This document shows, piece by piece, positions 63,745 to 64,000 of a DNA stretch of 64,000 nucleotides. The notes under the pieces are model-generated. The model was not told the DNA's origin, did not search any database, and saw nothing but the letters and a program-made list of their open reading frames with translations. Position numbers and translations under genes: made by a program. The DNA is from Actibacterium sp. GTDB taxonomy: Bacteria > Pseudomonadota > Alphaproteobacteria > Rhodobacterales > Rhodobacteraceae. Every line of letters begins with the position of its first letter. The stretch's first letter is position 1. The DNA lies in contig JADQCB010000015.1 in assembly GCA_016278325.1 (NCBI GenBank), forward strand, positions 15,479 to 79,478, written 5' to 3'.

Positions 63745-64000
63745 ATGTCCTTGAAAAGCATTATCATTGTCGCGGCTGCATCGCTGATGATCGCGGGGCC
63801 CGCCCTTGCGGGCGATATCACGGTTAAGGATGCCTATGCGCGCGTTTCCTCGCCTGTGTCGAAATCCGGGGCGGCCTTCATGGTGTTGCACAATGCCGGC
63901 ACGGTCGGGGATCGCCTGATCGCCGCCGCGACCAACGCGGCCGCAAAGGCCGGGCTGCACACCCATATCGACGCCGGCGGCGGCGTGATGCAGATGCGCG
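63745..64000 (+). CDS. copper chaperone PCu(A)C (partial, continues beyond window)
   Basis: ATG at 63745 after GGAGAAG. Signal peptide, then ITVKDAYARVS..GAAFMVLHNAG..LHTH..GVMQMR, typical of PCuAC/DUF461. Confidence 0.8.
   Translation, partial: MSLKSIIIVAAASLMIAGPALAGDITVKDAYARVSSPVSKSGAAFMVLHNAGTVGDRLIAAATNAAAKAGLHTHIDAGGGVMQMR

Overview
High-GC alphaproteobacterial chromosome segment, most likely Rhodobacterales. A SAM/SAH-type riboswitch, a class reported only from that order, sits directly before metK. Gene order is typical core genome: fabI-fabB-fabA/irr, miaB-phoH-ybeY-corC-lnt-metK, aroA-cmk-(DUF4168)-rpsA-ihfB-lapA-trpF-trpB, secA/ppiC-argJ-mutT, proC, rhlE, trkH, carB, cfa, aspS, mce, hrpB, meaB, rpmB. 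I can support about 70 protein-coding genes, one riboswitch, several hairpin terminators and a few palindromic candidate operators. I found no rRNA, tRNA, CRISPR array, transposase, integrase or phage gene. Many long ORFs in the six-frame track are antisense artefacts of the high GC content. The least ordinary part is 29.4-36.9 kb, between trpB and secA. It holds two tandem PepSY-like secreted proteins with extreme Asp/Gly/His tails and a membrane-anchored LuxR-type regulator. It also holds a ZIP metal transporter behind a Fur-family-like palindrome, three secreted proteins of unknown function and a membrane-anchored winged-helix protein. The last two genes encode a phosphate-binding-protein/OmpA fusion and a membrane-anchored unknown partner. 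The same AT-rich 12-mer lies just inside both edges of this block and forms part of a perfect 20-bp palindrome at the trpB side. Other points worth a second look are a four-gene translationally coupled enzyme operon (HAD dehalogenase, alpha/beta hydrolase, PLP dehydratase-like, EEP phosphoesterase). There is also an OmpA/lipoprotein pair sharing a Cys-pair module, a promoter/mini-ORF/terminator element before rpsA, and a tandem pair of four-Cys small proteins. Sequence alone cannot prove any of these is a new system, so interest scores are moderate.
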